Source of the DNA: Dudresnaya verticillata
Lineage: Eukaryota
Reading direction: 5' to 3'
DNA length: 64,000 nucleotides
Assembly (NCBI GenBank): GCA_977862235.1
Contig: OZ374564.1
Span: forward strand, 1,984,001-2,048,000
Under the pieces are notes generated by a model. It saw only the letters and a list, made by a program, of their open reading frames with translations, did not search any database and was not told the DNA's origin. How positions within the stretch are numbered: position 1 is the first letter of the stretch; each line of letters starts with the position of its first letter. Positions 13,355 to 23,279 of the stretch are shown here, piece by piece. The translations under genes and the position numbers were made by a program.

Positions 13355-14083
13355 TTTTTGTTCGTTGTTTTGGTCTATTTGCTCTTTTGGATAACAGTTT
13401 TTGCAAAAGCGCCATTGGATCTTATCGCAACTACCAGCATTGCTGATGTACCCAACGCTTCTGTTTGGTTTTGGCTTGCGGACATCTTTTGGACTTTCAT
13501 CGCGGGCGAGGTCTCCGTTTTCGTACCGCTTGGGATTTTGGTTGCGCAAACCGTTGTTTTCATTGTGGTGCGTACTGGATTAAGGAAGCGTCTTCTCCGT
13601 CGCGTCGTCCAGAGCATTCTAACTGCACTCTTCGACTTCCTGTTGGTAATTTTCATTCTCCTTATTCTACCAACAGGCTATGAAGATGTCTATTGCCGAC
13701 AAGAACGTGCAGATGAATGCTGTGAATATCTACAGCATGGAAATGGTGCACCGTTTTCGCATCTGTTAACAGGATTCTCTGTCGCAGAGATCATTGTTGT
13801 TGGCTCACTGCCAGTCGTCAGTGGTGCAACTGCTATTTTAGCGTACAGTGTTCCCTCGTATACTGAACGACAGGAAGTTACGAACGAGCAAGTGATGTTC
13901 CTAGAAACGAGTTCATTGATGGTGGGAACTGGGATTGTTGTGTTTGCCATGCAAGCCATGACCATGGATATCGGGGCCCTGGCTCTGACGATAGTGATGC
14001 CGCAAATATTTTCTCTGGTAGCCCCTCTGCTCGGTGAGTATGCGGTGGCTGTGGTAGGAGCTATTCGATCACAACGGGAATAA
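13304..14083 (+). CDS. 5'-truncated multipass membrane protein paralog fused in frame to an LTR-derived ATG
   Basis: From 13355 the ORF aligns with the C-terminal part of 15532..16800 (LFVVLVYLLFWITVFAKAPLDL...); the first 17 codons from ATG 13304 come from the LTR. Confidence 0.65.
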   Translation: MEKLGLEKTTTTRAFATFLFVVLVYLLFWITVFAKAPLDLIATTSIADVPNASVWFWLADIFWTFIAGEVSVFVPLGILVAQTVVFIVVRTGLRKRLLRRVVQSILTALFDFLLVIFILLILPTGYEDVYCRQERADECCEYLQHGNGAPFSHLLTGFSVAEIIVVGSLPVVSGATAILAYSVPSYTERQEVTNEQVMFLETSSLMVGTGIVVFAMQAMTMDIGALALTIVMPQIFSLVAPLLGEYAVAVVGAIRSQRE

Positions 14084-14952
14084 TAAAAATGAGACATGCA
14101 AGTCGAGAATAATTCAGAACGAAGATTGGAGTGTGTGACCAGCGCTTGGCAAAACGTCTGTGCGAATATCTTTTCCAATTGAAGAGAGTAAAAGCAATAA
14201 AGAAAATAATGGCTACTAACTATATCTTTTGAGGATGTAGGAGAAAGAAAGTTTATTCGAGAAAGCAAAGTTGTTTATGTATCTTTATCTCGAATTAGGT
14301 CAACAAATAGGTCACATTTGCTGAGAGAAGAGTACCGCGGGGGGGACACAAATGCATGCCGCCCAATAATTCATACACCGAAAACTTCACTTCACCCCTC
14401 ACCATTCTTCAACTCCCGAACCGAACACCTCCCATGGTATTGGGCCCACTGCTGTGTGACACAGTTCACATCAACTGCCCCGCGGCATCGGGTCGGAAGC
14501 GAGGCCCTCGCCACCGGCTCCGCTCTGAATCCACCGAGCATCGCGCCCCTTGCACCAGCCGTCCATCAAATCCACCGCCGACGCACCTCAAAGTGGTGCT
14601 TGTAACGTAGTACCTCTTCTTTCTATTTCTCAATGGTTCTATCGTCTGCGACTCATTCTTTTCGTCAACGTCACCTCTATTACTCTTATAGTAACTTTTC
14701 CACTGCAACGCATTGCATCATAAGTGTCTAATGCACTGTTCCATGGAACATTCCATACATTAAGTAATAGTATATACCGTATCTTTGTACAGTATGTAGT
14801 CTGTTCGAACAACTACAGTACTGAATGTCTATTCGAAGAACCAATTCTTCGCTTCAGTTCGTCATCACAACAGTGCTCAGTCGCCACAGTAGTCGCTTGA
14901 GCGACAATACGCGGCCCACGGAAATATAACACTGGCACAAAACGAAGGTGTG

Positions 14953-15280
14953 AATTCGCTCAGGAAGGGCTTCTCATGCAGCGCATCTCCTATTTGGCCT
15001 CTTCTTGGAATTCGAACGATATTACTCACTCACCGCCGGGCCATACGAAGCTACAGTATTCTTTAGGCGACGTTGGAAAGCTTGCTCGACCCAACTGACT
15101 ACCTCTTTCACCTGGTTCTTGTACAAATTCGCTCAAGAAGGGCTTCTTATGGGGCACATCTCCTGTTTAGTCTTTTCTTGGAACTTGACCGTATTATTCT
15201 CTCATCTGACGGGCCACATGTAGCTATTCGTTGGGCAACATTGGAAAGTTTGCTCAGCCCAACTGACTACCTTCTTCATC
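14953..15280. repeat. Diverged ~173-bp tandem duplication, part of a dispersed repeat also at ~25950-26060
   Basis: aattcgctcaRgaagggcttct...ttggaaagYttgctc..cccaactgactacct occurs at 14953 and 15126; similar text near 26010-26060. Confidence 0.7.
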
Positions 15281-15531
15281 CGCGAATTATGCGATGAATT
15301 GGGGGTTTTGAGGGCATAGGAAAACAGAAAACAGTCCAAGAAAATGGAGGCATATCTCTGCCCATGTGCCCAGTGCATCTATTCCACGGCTAAAAAAAAT
15401 ATTCATATGGACTCATGATGTTACCCACAGACGCTGAGAACTGGGAAGCTTTGTCTCTTCCCAAGACACTGAACCCTCATCATTGTGACGTCGGCTTTTT
15501 TCTTTAGAGTTCGGATTCAAAGAATACATCC

Positions 15532-16800
15532 TTGCATCGCAGGAACTCTTCTCAGAGGGACAGAGAGCACCTTTTGCTGCAGTGCGTTCAACCAGAACCA
15601 ACCTTTCTATTCTGGATTTACCTTCAAGAGGTACTCATCTATCTCTTCGATATGCACATTAATTCCCGACATCATTTTGATTTGAAGATTGAGCGACAGG
15701 GTTCTGATCGCTCTAGGACGAGTCCCAAAACCTATGCTATTGTTACTCTGGCTATTATCGAGGTTTTCTTCACTATTGTGAAGTCCCTCGCCCTTCCTCT
15801 CTCTCGTAACAAGTTGGCAGTCATAGCGCTAGTCATCGAGTCTCTTTGTGGCATTACAACGCTTGCGATTACAGCCCACTCTGTCTTTATAGCTGCAGAG
15901 CTATGTGGATCTTCAAGATTGTTCCTAACCTCGGTCATGTTATCGCTTTTTCTAACAGAACTTTCCAGTATTGTTGTGGAATCCATCGCGATAAGGTCCA
16001 AGATCCTGAGGCGGGTCGGCCGGGAAGGTGCAGGTAGAGCCCGTTTACTTGTTCTGCAGAGTATTGTTTTGTTCGTTGTCTTGGTCTATTTGCTCTTTTG
16101 GATAACTGTTTTTGCAAAAGCGCCATTGGACCTTGTCGCAACTACCAGCAGTGATGATGTACCAGACGCTTCTGTTTGGTTTTGGCTCGCGGGCACCTTT
16201 TTTACTTTTGTGGACAGCGAACTCTCTGTTTTCGTACCACTTGGCATTTTGGTTGGGCAAACAGTTGTTGTCATTGCGGTACGAATTGGGTTGAGGAAGC
16301 GTCTCCGCCTTCGAGTCGTGTTGAGTATTCTAATTACACTCGTCGACTTCGTACTGGTGATTACAATTCTCCTAACTCTGCCACGGACTGCTTCTTCTTT
16401 CTCGTGCCCAGATACAGACCTAGAGGATAACGAATGTTGCAAGTTTCTAGTTAATGACAATAGCGCACCATTCATGTTTTTGGTAACAGGAGAATTTATC
16501 GCAGAACTTATTGTAACTGGCTCACTGGCAGTGGCTAGTGGTGTAACTGCGTTTTTAGCGTACGGTGTTCCCTCGTACAGCGAACAAAAGAAAGTTACGA
16601 ACGAGCAAGTGATGCTTCTAGAAACGAGTTCATCGATGGTGGGAACAGTGGCTGTTGTGTTTTCCATGGCAGCCTACACCACAGATGTTGGGGCGCTGGC
16701 TCTGACGATAGTGATGCCTCAAATCTTTGCTCTGGTAGCCCCTCTGCTGGGCGAGTACGCTATGGCTACCTTTAAAGCTATTCGGCTGCAAAGGGCATAA
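15532..16800 (+). CDS. Multipass (~9 TM) membrane protein of unknown function; true start/first exon uncertain
   Basis: Long ORF with ~9 hydrophobic segments and a C-x7/8-CC loop; paralog at 13355-14083. Confidence 0.8.
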   Translation: MHRRNSSQRDREHLLLQCVQPEPTFLFWIYLQEVLIYLFDMHINSRHHFDLKIERQGSDRSRTSPKTYAIVTLAIIEVFFTIVKSLALPLSRNKLAVIALVIESLCGITTLAITAHSVFIAAELCGSSRLFLTSVMLSLFLTELSSIVVESIAIRSKILRRVGREGAGRARLLVLQSIVLFVVLVYLLFWITVFAKAPLDLVATTSSDDVPDASVWFWLAGTFFTFVDSELSVFVPLGILVGQTVVVIAVRIGLRKRLRLRVVLSILITLVDFVLVITILLTLPRTASSFSCPDTDLEDNECCKFLVNDNSAPFMFLVTGEFIAELIVTGSLAVASGVTAFLAYGVPSYSEQKKVTNEQVMLLETSSSMVGTVAVVFSMAAYTTDVGALALTIVMPQIFALVAPLLGEYAMATFKAIRLQRA

Positions 16801-17290
16801 ACGGACTATGAGAAGCGGATCGAGCTGTGTAAGCACGTGGGCTGACAGCGGCAGCATTGCTGGCAGCGCTGAAAACTGTGAATCGGACAATTCGCTGTTG
16901 TGCGGTTCGACCAACGGATGCGCGCGGAGCCGAAATACGTGACGGCCGTGCGACGTGTTCGAATACCATTGGCCAAACCGGAGCCCACCCACGCTGCACG
17001 TGGACACGTGTGCACCGCTCGGTGCAACAGCGACAGCGACAATGGCACCCGCCGCTCGGAGCCCTTCTTCCCCCAAACGAAGCGCGCCGCGCCAACGGCG
17101 CTATGCCCCCCGCGGCAGCGAGGCGGCAGCGAGGCCCCCGGGAAGCACCACGTCCTGTGCTCACCCGCAGACTGTTAACGGTAATGTCGCACCCCATCCT
17201 CCCCATCCTCCCCACCCACAAACCGCACCGCCGCCGCCGCCCGCACCTCAACCCCCTCCCGTCCCGTCGCGTCGCGTCCCCTCCCCCACC

Positions 17291-18751
17291 ATGCCCCCGC
17301 CACCACCCTCCCTCCCCGGCCTCGCCGCGCCCCTCCTCCTCCTCCTCGTCGCCCTCGCGCCGCCCGCCGCGCGCGCCGCCCCGTTCCACGCCGCCGCGCC
17401 ACCCGCGCCGCTCAACCGCACCACGCAGCGCTCCCTCACGTGCCCGGTCAAGCTACCGCAGCCGCCGTTAGCGCGCACGGCCACGCCGTACATCGTGTCG
17501 GGCGACCTGGCGTCGCCGCTGCTGCGCCCGTACATCGCCATGCTGTTGCTGCGCAGCCCGGACACGGGCAAACTGGTCCCGTTCTGCACGGCCACGCCCA
17601 TCACCAAGCGCTACCTGATCTCGGCCGCGCACTGCGCCCCGGAATCGTCGTCTACGTCCACATTCGCGGCGTTCAACTTAGCCTCGCTCGCGACGCCGCC
17701 GGACGGCAGCAAGGCCAAGCGCATCGTGCGCTGGATCGCCCACCCGGACTTCAACGACGAGAACGGCCGCCACTTCGACATTGCCGTGCTAGAGCTCGAG
17801 TCCGACGTGTCGCCGGTCAGCCAACCCGGCGCGCGCACCATGTTGATCAACCTGGCGGCCAACATCCCGCCGGAGGAATCGTTTGTGCGCGCGGCCGGCT
17901 ACGGCCAGATCTTCGGGGGGAGCTCATCTCCCGCAGGCGTCCTCCGCCAGGTTGACATGCCTGTCGTCCGCGAGGACGACTGCACCCAGGCCTGGAAGAA
18001 CGTCCGCCCCGACTTCCAAGTCTGCGCGGGCTACTTCGAGTCCGGCAGATGCTCGGCGTGCAGCGGCGACTCGGGCGGCCCGCTCATCCAGTACGACACG
18101 GACAACAACCCGGTCCTGGTCGCTGTTGTGTCGTTCGGCTCCCGGAGTTGTAACGCCCGGCGCTCGCCGACCGTCTTCGTACGCACCTCGGCCTTTGCGG
18201 GCTGGATCCGCGACAACGTAGAGCAGCCCTTTGTCGAGGCTAAGCAGACTCGCGCCATCTTCCAAGACGGCTCCGAGAAGATCATCTCCCCCTCGTCCGC
18301 TGGCCTCTCCGTCGGCGTCATCGCAGGCATCGCCATTGGAGCCTTCATCGCCGTCGTCATCGTGGTGGCCGCCGTCGTCTTTTTCGTCGTCCGCAGCCGC
18401 AAGTCCGCCTCTTCCGACCCCGCCACCGCCGCCGCACCAAACAACGCCCCGGCTCCGCCGCCGGCCCCCGGAGCCCCCGTGCCCATCCCGCAGATGCCGC
18501 CGCCGGTGTACCCCGGTGGCCCGCCCGCCCCGGGCACGCCGCAACAGCAACCAGGGGTGCCGCTCGTGCCTGTGGTGCCTGTGGCACAGCCCAGCCCGGT
18601 GCCGCAAAACGGGTCCCCCATGATGACGACTCCCACGCATCCTGGCGCGATGGGGTATGGCACACCACCCCAAGCACCACCAGGGCCACCGGCGCCAGGA
18701 GTTGGGGGGTACCAAGGGGTGCCACCTTATGTATCACAGCCGTATCAATAG
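17291..18751 (+). CDS. Type I membrane-anchored S1 (chymotrypsin-fold) serine protease 1
   Basis: Signal peptide from ATG 17291; triad SAAHC / FDIAV / GDSGGP; C-terminal TM helix; Pro-rich tail. Confidence 0.93.
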   Translation: MPPPPPSLPGLAAPLLLLLVALAPPAARAAPFHAAAPPAPLNRTTQRSLTCPVKLPQPPLARTATPYIVSGDLASPLLRPYIAMLLLRSPDTGKLVPFCTATPITKRYLISAAHCAPESSSTSTFAAFNLASLATPPDGSKAKRIVRWIAHPDFNDENGRHFDIAVLELESDVSPVSQPGARTMLINLAANIPPEESFVRAAGYGQIFGGSSSPAGVLRQVDMPVVREDDCTQAWKNVRPDFQVCAGYFESGRCSACSGDSGGPLIQYDTDNNPVLVAVVSFGSRSCNARRSPTVFVRTSAFAGWIRDNVEQPFVEAKQTRAIFQDGSEKIISPSSAGLSVGVIAGIAIGAFIAVVIVVAAVVFFVVRSRKSASSDPATAAAPNNAPAPPPAPGAPVPIPQMPPPVYPGGPPAPGTPQQQPGVPLVPVVPVAQPSPVPQNGSPMMTTPTHPGAMGYGTPPQAPPGPPAPGVGGYQGVPPYVSQPYQ

Positions 18752-18903
18752 CAAGGCGGCTGCGAAATAAAGAGGGAGACGTTGACAAGCTGTTCTCGTG
18801 TATGCCCGTGTGGACAGGCGGCGCCGTCGCTTCTTTACTCTGCGAAGAGCGCGCCTGCCCTTGGCTCTTGGCTCTCTGGCCGGATCCGAGATGGATTCGG
18901 AAG

Positions 18904-18904
<1 letters not shown>

Positions 18905-18936
<32 letters not shown>
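18905..18936. repeat. (TG)16 microsatellite
   Basis: Direct read. Confidence 0.95.
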
Positions 18937-18939
<3 letters not shown>

Positions 18940-20727
18940 GCGGTGAGTCTCTGTAAGGCGACGGTGGCCTGAGGTTGCGCAACAAGTCGGCGTCCTCGTC
19001 GGTGTGGATGTCCTGAGGTGGTCGAAGTCGTGCAACATAAACATCACACACCTTTTCCAGCGAGCGGTGGTGGTGGCGGTGGCGATGGCGCTGCCCCGTC
19101 GCGCCCGGGGGCTCGGACTCGGTGACCGTGTCACGATCATTGCAAAAAGGAAAATCACCAGTGTCTCCTGCTGTACATTACTCAATAGTTCGATTATTGG
19201 CAATAATCTCACTCTCTCATGCTTTCGTCCGCCCTCCCGCGCCACTCAGCGCGGGGAGGGAGGGAGGCGAACCATTCCGTTGCCGTGGTAGACGCAGCGC
19301 CGCACCTGGTGCCGTACGCTGCGGATGGGTACTCGCACGAGCTATTCGAAGCTTCCGTTGAGAAATGCGCTGGGAGGAAGCTTCCACGCAAGCGCCGCTT
19401 GAAGAGTTCTCTGCGCTCGCCGCGCGCTTCCTTCGTGCGCCGAACGCTCGGCACGGCATAAGGGCGATGGGGGCCTTTAATACCGTGCCGCTGCTGAAAG
19501 CCCTCTGCGGATCACGGTTGCTGTGGTGTGTTGAGAGGGCAGATGGGGCAACTCAGTGTCCCGAATTGTATCGCGCGACGAAGGGACTACGCTGTACAAC
19601 AGCCCTCACCCGGGCAATTGTTTCCGTGCGGCTTTCTTGCCCCACCCACGCTATGCATTAGACGCATAGTAAGCGTCGAAACGGGGCAGAAATAAGGTCA
19701 CTCAAGGCCCGTTCGACATGCCTCCTGGCGACTGCGGTAGCATTCAGAGCGTTTCGGAAGGGGCACACGCAGCCTTGCAACTTGGTGGCCGCAAAGTAGG
19801 TGAGACTAAGTGCGATAACAGGCTTGGAGCGTCGAGCAGCATTAAAACCGATTTTGCAGACGCCATCTGCCATATGAGCTCATGTCGACAAAACACTGAA
19901 CCATCGATCTCTTAGATGCTTACAAGCATAATGCTTGTTGCACCCCATGCCTCGTTTCAAGTTAGTCCCACGCCCACCAGCTGGAACCCAGGTACAACGA
20001 GACGCTGCAGCACAGAAGAAACACTACATCGAGCCGCCAACAATGCACGCAGGCCCACGCCCCAGCTAGTTGCGACCAAAATGCCAAGCAGTCCGCGGCC
20101 CCGGAGAACAGCACACGACCACGGACTACAAGCTTGTCTAGACAAGCACGTATCGCGTTCATAAACTTTCTCCCACAAGTGCAGCTACGGCATTGTTGTG
20201 TCGTTACAGTTTTACCTCTCCCCCACCCCTAATTCACATCCGCTTGTGGTGCGCGCCCACGTCTCGAAAGTAGCTGCTGTTGTCTCCCCATGATTGTCCC
20301 TTTTCAGTGCGAGCGCGTGTTGGGAATGGAAGGTTGCTACAGCCTGAAGCCGCGCTTTCCATGGCCCCGACAATGGGCCGACCTTCTTCTTATACCACCG
20401 ACCCCTGCCTCATCCGAAGACGTGCCCATGCGCTCAGTGCTTCTAAGGGCCCGTCATGGACAAACACAACTTGTGCCTTTCGTCGTTCGTAGCCGGGCAA
20501 GACGCAAGGGAACCCGCACTACTATGGTGAGTCACCATTGGTGACATTCAAATGCGCACGATCACCCAGGACACAACGAGTCGAGAGCAAGGAGAGAGCA
20601 TTAGGATGGGCAGTAAGAGAAACCAGATCCATGTTCTTCTATAAGTACACATCCCCCGGTCATTCGTTCTCGCCTCATCGTAATGCCGCCTGCTGCAGCT
20701 GCAGCTGCAACACACCTATTCTCAGCT

Positions 20728-22149
20728 ATGTGGTCCCCACCCCACATTTTTAGCAGCGTGCTTGTGCTGCAAGCGCTCCTCGTCGCCGTTATTGCCGACA
20801 GCGTGAAAGAGAGCCCCGCTCTGCAGCGCTCGGACGTGTGTCCTGTGGTGCTCCCGCAGCCGCCCGCTACGACGAAAATTATTGCTGGCGACCCAGTCTC
20901 GCCGCTGTTGCGCCCATACGTTGCGGTACTGCTAGTTGTTGACAGAACCACTGGGGCCCAATCGTTATGCACAGCGACACCTGTGACCAAGCGCTATCTC
21001 ATTACGGCAGCCCACTGCGCCCCGATCCGAGCATCTTCAGCTAATACGTACGCTGGGTTTAACCTCGACTCGATCTCTTCCGCAGATTCAATCTCGCAAC
21101 AAGTGCGCGTTAGACGCTGGAATCCCCACCCGGAATATGAAGATAATTCCGACGGTTCCCGCTTCGACATCGCAGTCGTCGAGCTCGAGGATGACCTCGA
21201 GTTTGAAGGATCCGGCGCACGCACGATGCCAGTCAATGTCGCAGAGAACATCCCGCTCGAGGCGTCTTTCGCCCGAGTCGCTGGTTTCGGCGTCACGGCT
21301 TCCGAATCTTCTGGTGTTTTGAGACAGGTCGACATGCCTATTATTTCTAATGAGGATTGCGAGGAAGCCTACGCAAATATATTACCCACAGACAGGGACT
21401 ACCACATCTGCGCCGGCTATTTGGAAAAGGGGCGTTGCTCAGGATGCAGTGGGGACAGCGGTGGTCCTCTCATTCAGTACGACAAGAACAACAACCCCGT
21501 TTTAGTAGGAGTCGTGTCGCGAGGCACTCCCGATTGTGGTGCGCCTGGTGCGCCAAGCGTTTTCATCCGCACTTCGAAGTTCCGCGAATGGCTCGATGAT
21601 CAAATCGAGGAGGACTACGTCAAGGCCACAGCCGTGCGCGCCGTCTTCGAGGACGGCTCTACTATTGACGTGTCCGGCTCAGGAGGGGGGCTTTCCGGAG
21701 GTGCTATTGCTGGCATTGTCATCGGTGTGCTCGTCGCCGTCGCCGCTGTCGTCGCACTCGCCTTCTACTTTTTCTTCTTCTTTGTCCGAAAGCGGGCATT
21801 CGCCAAGGAGGACAAATTTGGTGGAGCAGCTCCTCCGCCACCGTCGACGACACCAGGGGTTCCTGCGCCCTACCTGCAGCCCTGGCAGTCGCCACCGCCT
21901 CAGAGTCCGGCAAACCTGGGTGTCAGTTCGCCCGGATACCAGGTTACCGGGACGGGCCCCCAGCCGCAGCCGCCGCTGGAGCCTCAGCCTCAGCCTCAGC
22001 CACCGCCACCGCAACAGACGCTACCACCCAGGGCGTCCACAGCTATCCCGGGAGTACCACTCGTGCCGGTCATCAGCCCAAGTGCCTACCCGCAATTCCC
22101 ACCATCTAGCCAACCGACGACATCCACTCCTTATCAGCCCTCGCCTTAA
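20728..22149 (+). CDS. Type I membrane-anchored S1 serine protease 2 (tandem paralog)
   Basis: Signal peptide (start ATG 20728 or 20683); TAAHC / FDIAV / GDSGGP; TM helix; Pro/Gln-rich tail; TATAAG at ~20640. Confidence 0.93.
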   Translation: MWSPPHIFSSVLVLQALLVAVIADSVKESPALQRSDVCPVVLPQPPATTKIIAGDPVSPLLRPYVAVLLVVDRTTGAQSLCTATPVTKRYLITAAHCAPIRASSANTYAGFNLDSISSADSISQQVRVRRWNPHPEYEDNSDGSRFDIAVVELEDDLEFEGSGARTMPVNVAENIPLEASFARVAGFGVTASESSGVLRQVDMPIISNEDCEEAYANILPTDRDYHICAGYLEKGRCSGCSGDSGGPLIQYDKNNNPVLVGVVSRGTPDCGAPGAPSVFIRTSKFREWLDDQIEEDYVKATAVRAVFEDGSTIDVSGSGGGLSGGAIAGIVIGVLVAVAAVVALAFYFFFFFVRKRAFAKEDKFGGAAPPPPSTTPGVPAPYLQPWQSPPPQSPANLGVSSPGYQVTGTGPQPQPPLEPQPQPQPPPPQQTLPPRASTAIPGVPLVPVISPSAYPQFPPSSQPTTSTPYQPSP

Positions 22150-23279
22150 GTCAAGCCAACTTTCAATATGAGGGAAACCTTAAAACAAGATGACTTATCC
22201 CATCCTAACGGAAACTATATAGTCGTTAGGGAATCCATAGTCGTGAATATTTTCCTCACGAAAAATGTCCCACCGTTTTATGAAGGCCTTTCTTCTGTAA
22301 TACGCATCTTCGCGGTAAGCGAAAATAGATAATTGTCTGAGAAGCTAGCTTGCAGATAAGGTTCTAGCCAGCACTTATATTTCTATCGTGTATCGTCTCT
22401 CTCAAGAAGCAATAAATAGCTCACAACACATAGCTCGCAAGCAGTTTGATACTTTTTGGATCCTGAACTGTAGTGCTCTTGCATATCAGCTCGGGTGGTC
22501 TACTTGGAGGAACAAAATACTCTGCATCATTTAAAGTGTTTGCAGAAGAGTCATTGGCAGTCCGAAGCACTTAATGCCCATTTCCTCAGCATGCTAGCAG
22601 CATGCGAATAATCAAGTGTCAAAAGACAGCGAGTGGAGACGTTTGTATGAGACGAACAGTGGGGCTACAGTGTCCAGAGAGAGCTATTAGAAGTGAGGAA
22701 AGTTTAGTTGTCCAGCTGCGGTTTCGCAGGAAGCTAAGCAGATGCAAGAGAACTATAGTCGAATATGATCATATCCAGAGAAGTGTTCAGTTCGAGTAGG
22801 TACATGTTGTGCCGTTTGATGTTCTTGAAATCAAAGATGTACAAACACCCTTAACGAAAGGCAAACCCAGCCTCTTCCGCTCGCGCATAACGAGGAATGC
22901 ACCATGATTCATCATCATACGTCAAACCAGCGAGACCCTTAGCAGTCGCCATGGACTGACTGGCCTTTAAAAGAATAGAAAGAAAGAAAATATTAATAAA
23001 AATTAAAATTAAAGTACTGAGCATCGGACTGAATGCCACGGCGTACTCTTTCCTTTTTGGCTATTGCGACATAGATAAGTAGTACCGTCTTTCCGATTGA
23101 AGCATTGAGCAATTCCTCAACGCTTTACCGCTTTGCCAGACTATTTAACGGTATCTGAATAGTTTTGGTGCACGTCCACTGCGCCCTGAAGTATCTCACC
23201 GGTACACAAACGGGGTGCCTTCCATGCGAGCATTTGCCTCAGCAATACTAAGCCTTTTCACACTCGGGTCACCTTCAAC

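Noticed and set aside
16630..18788. Many long overlapping ORFs around protease 1, and its 112-aa N-terminal extension from 16955
   Set aside because: GC-rich shadow frames; ATG 17291 gives a proper signal peptide
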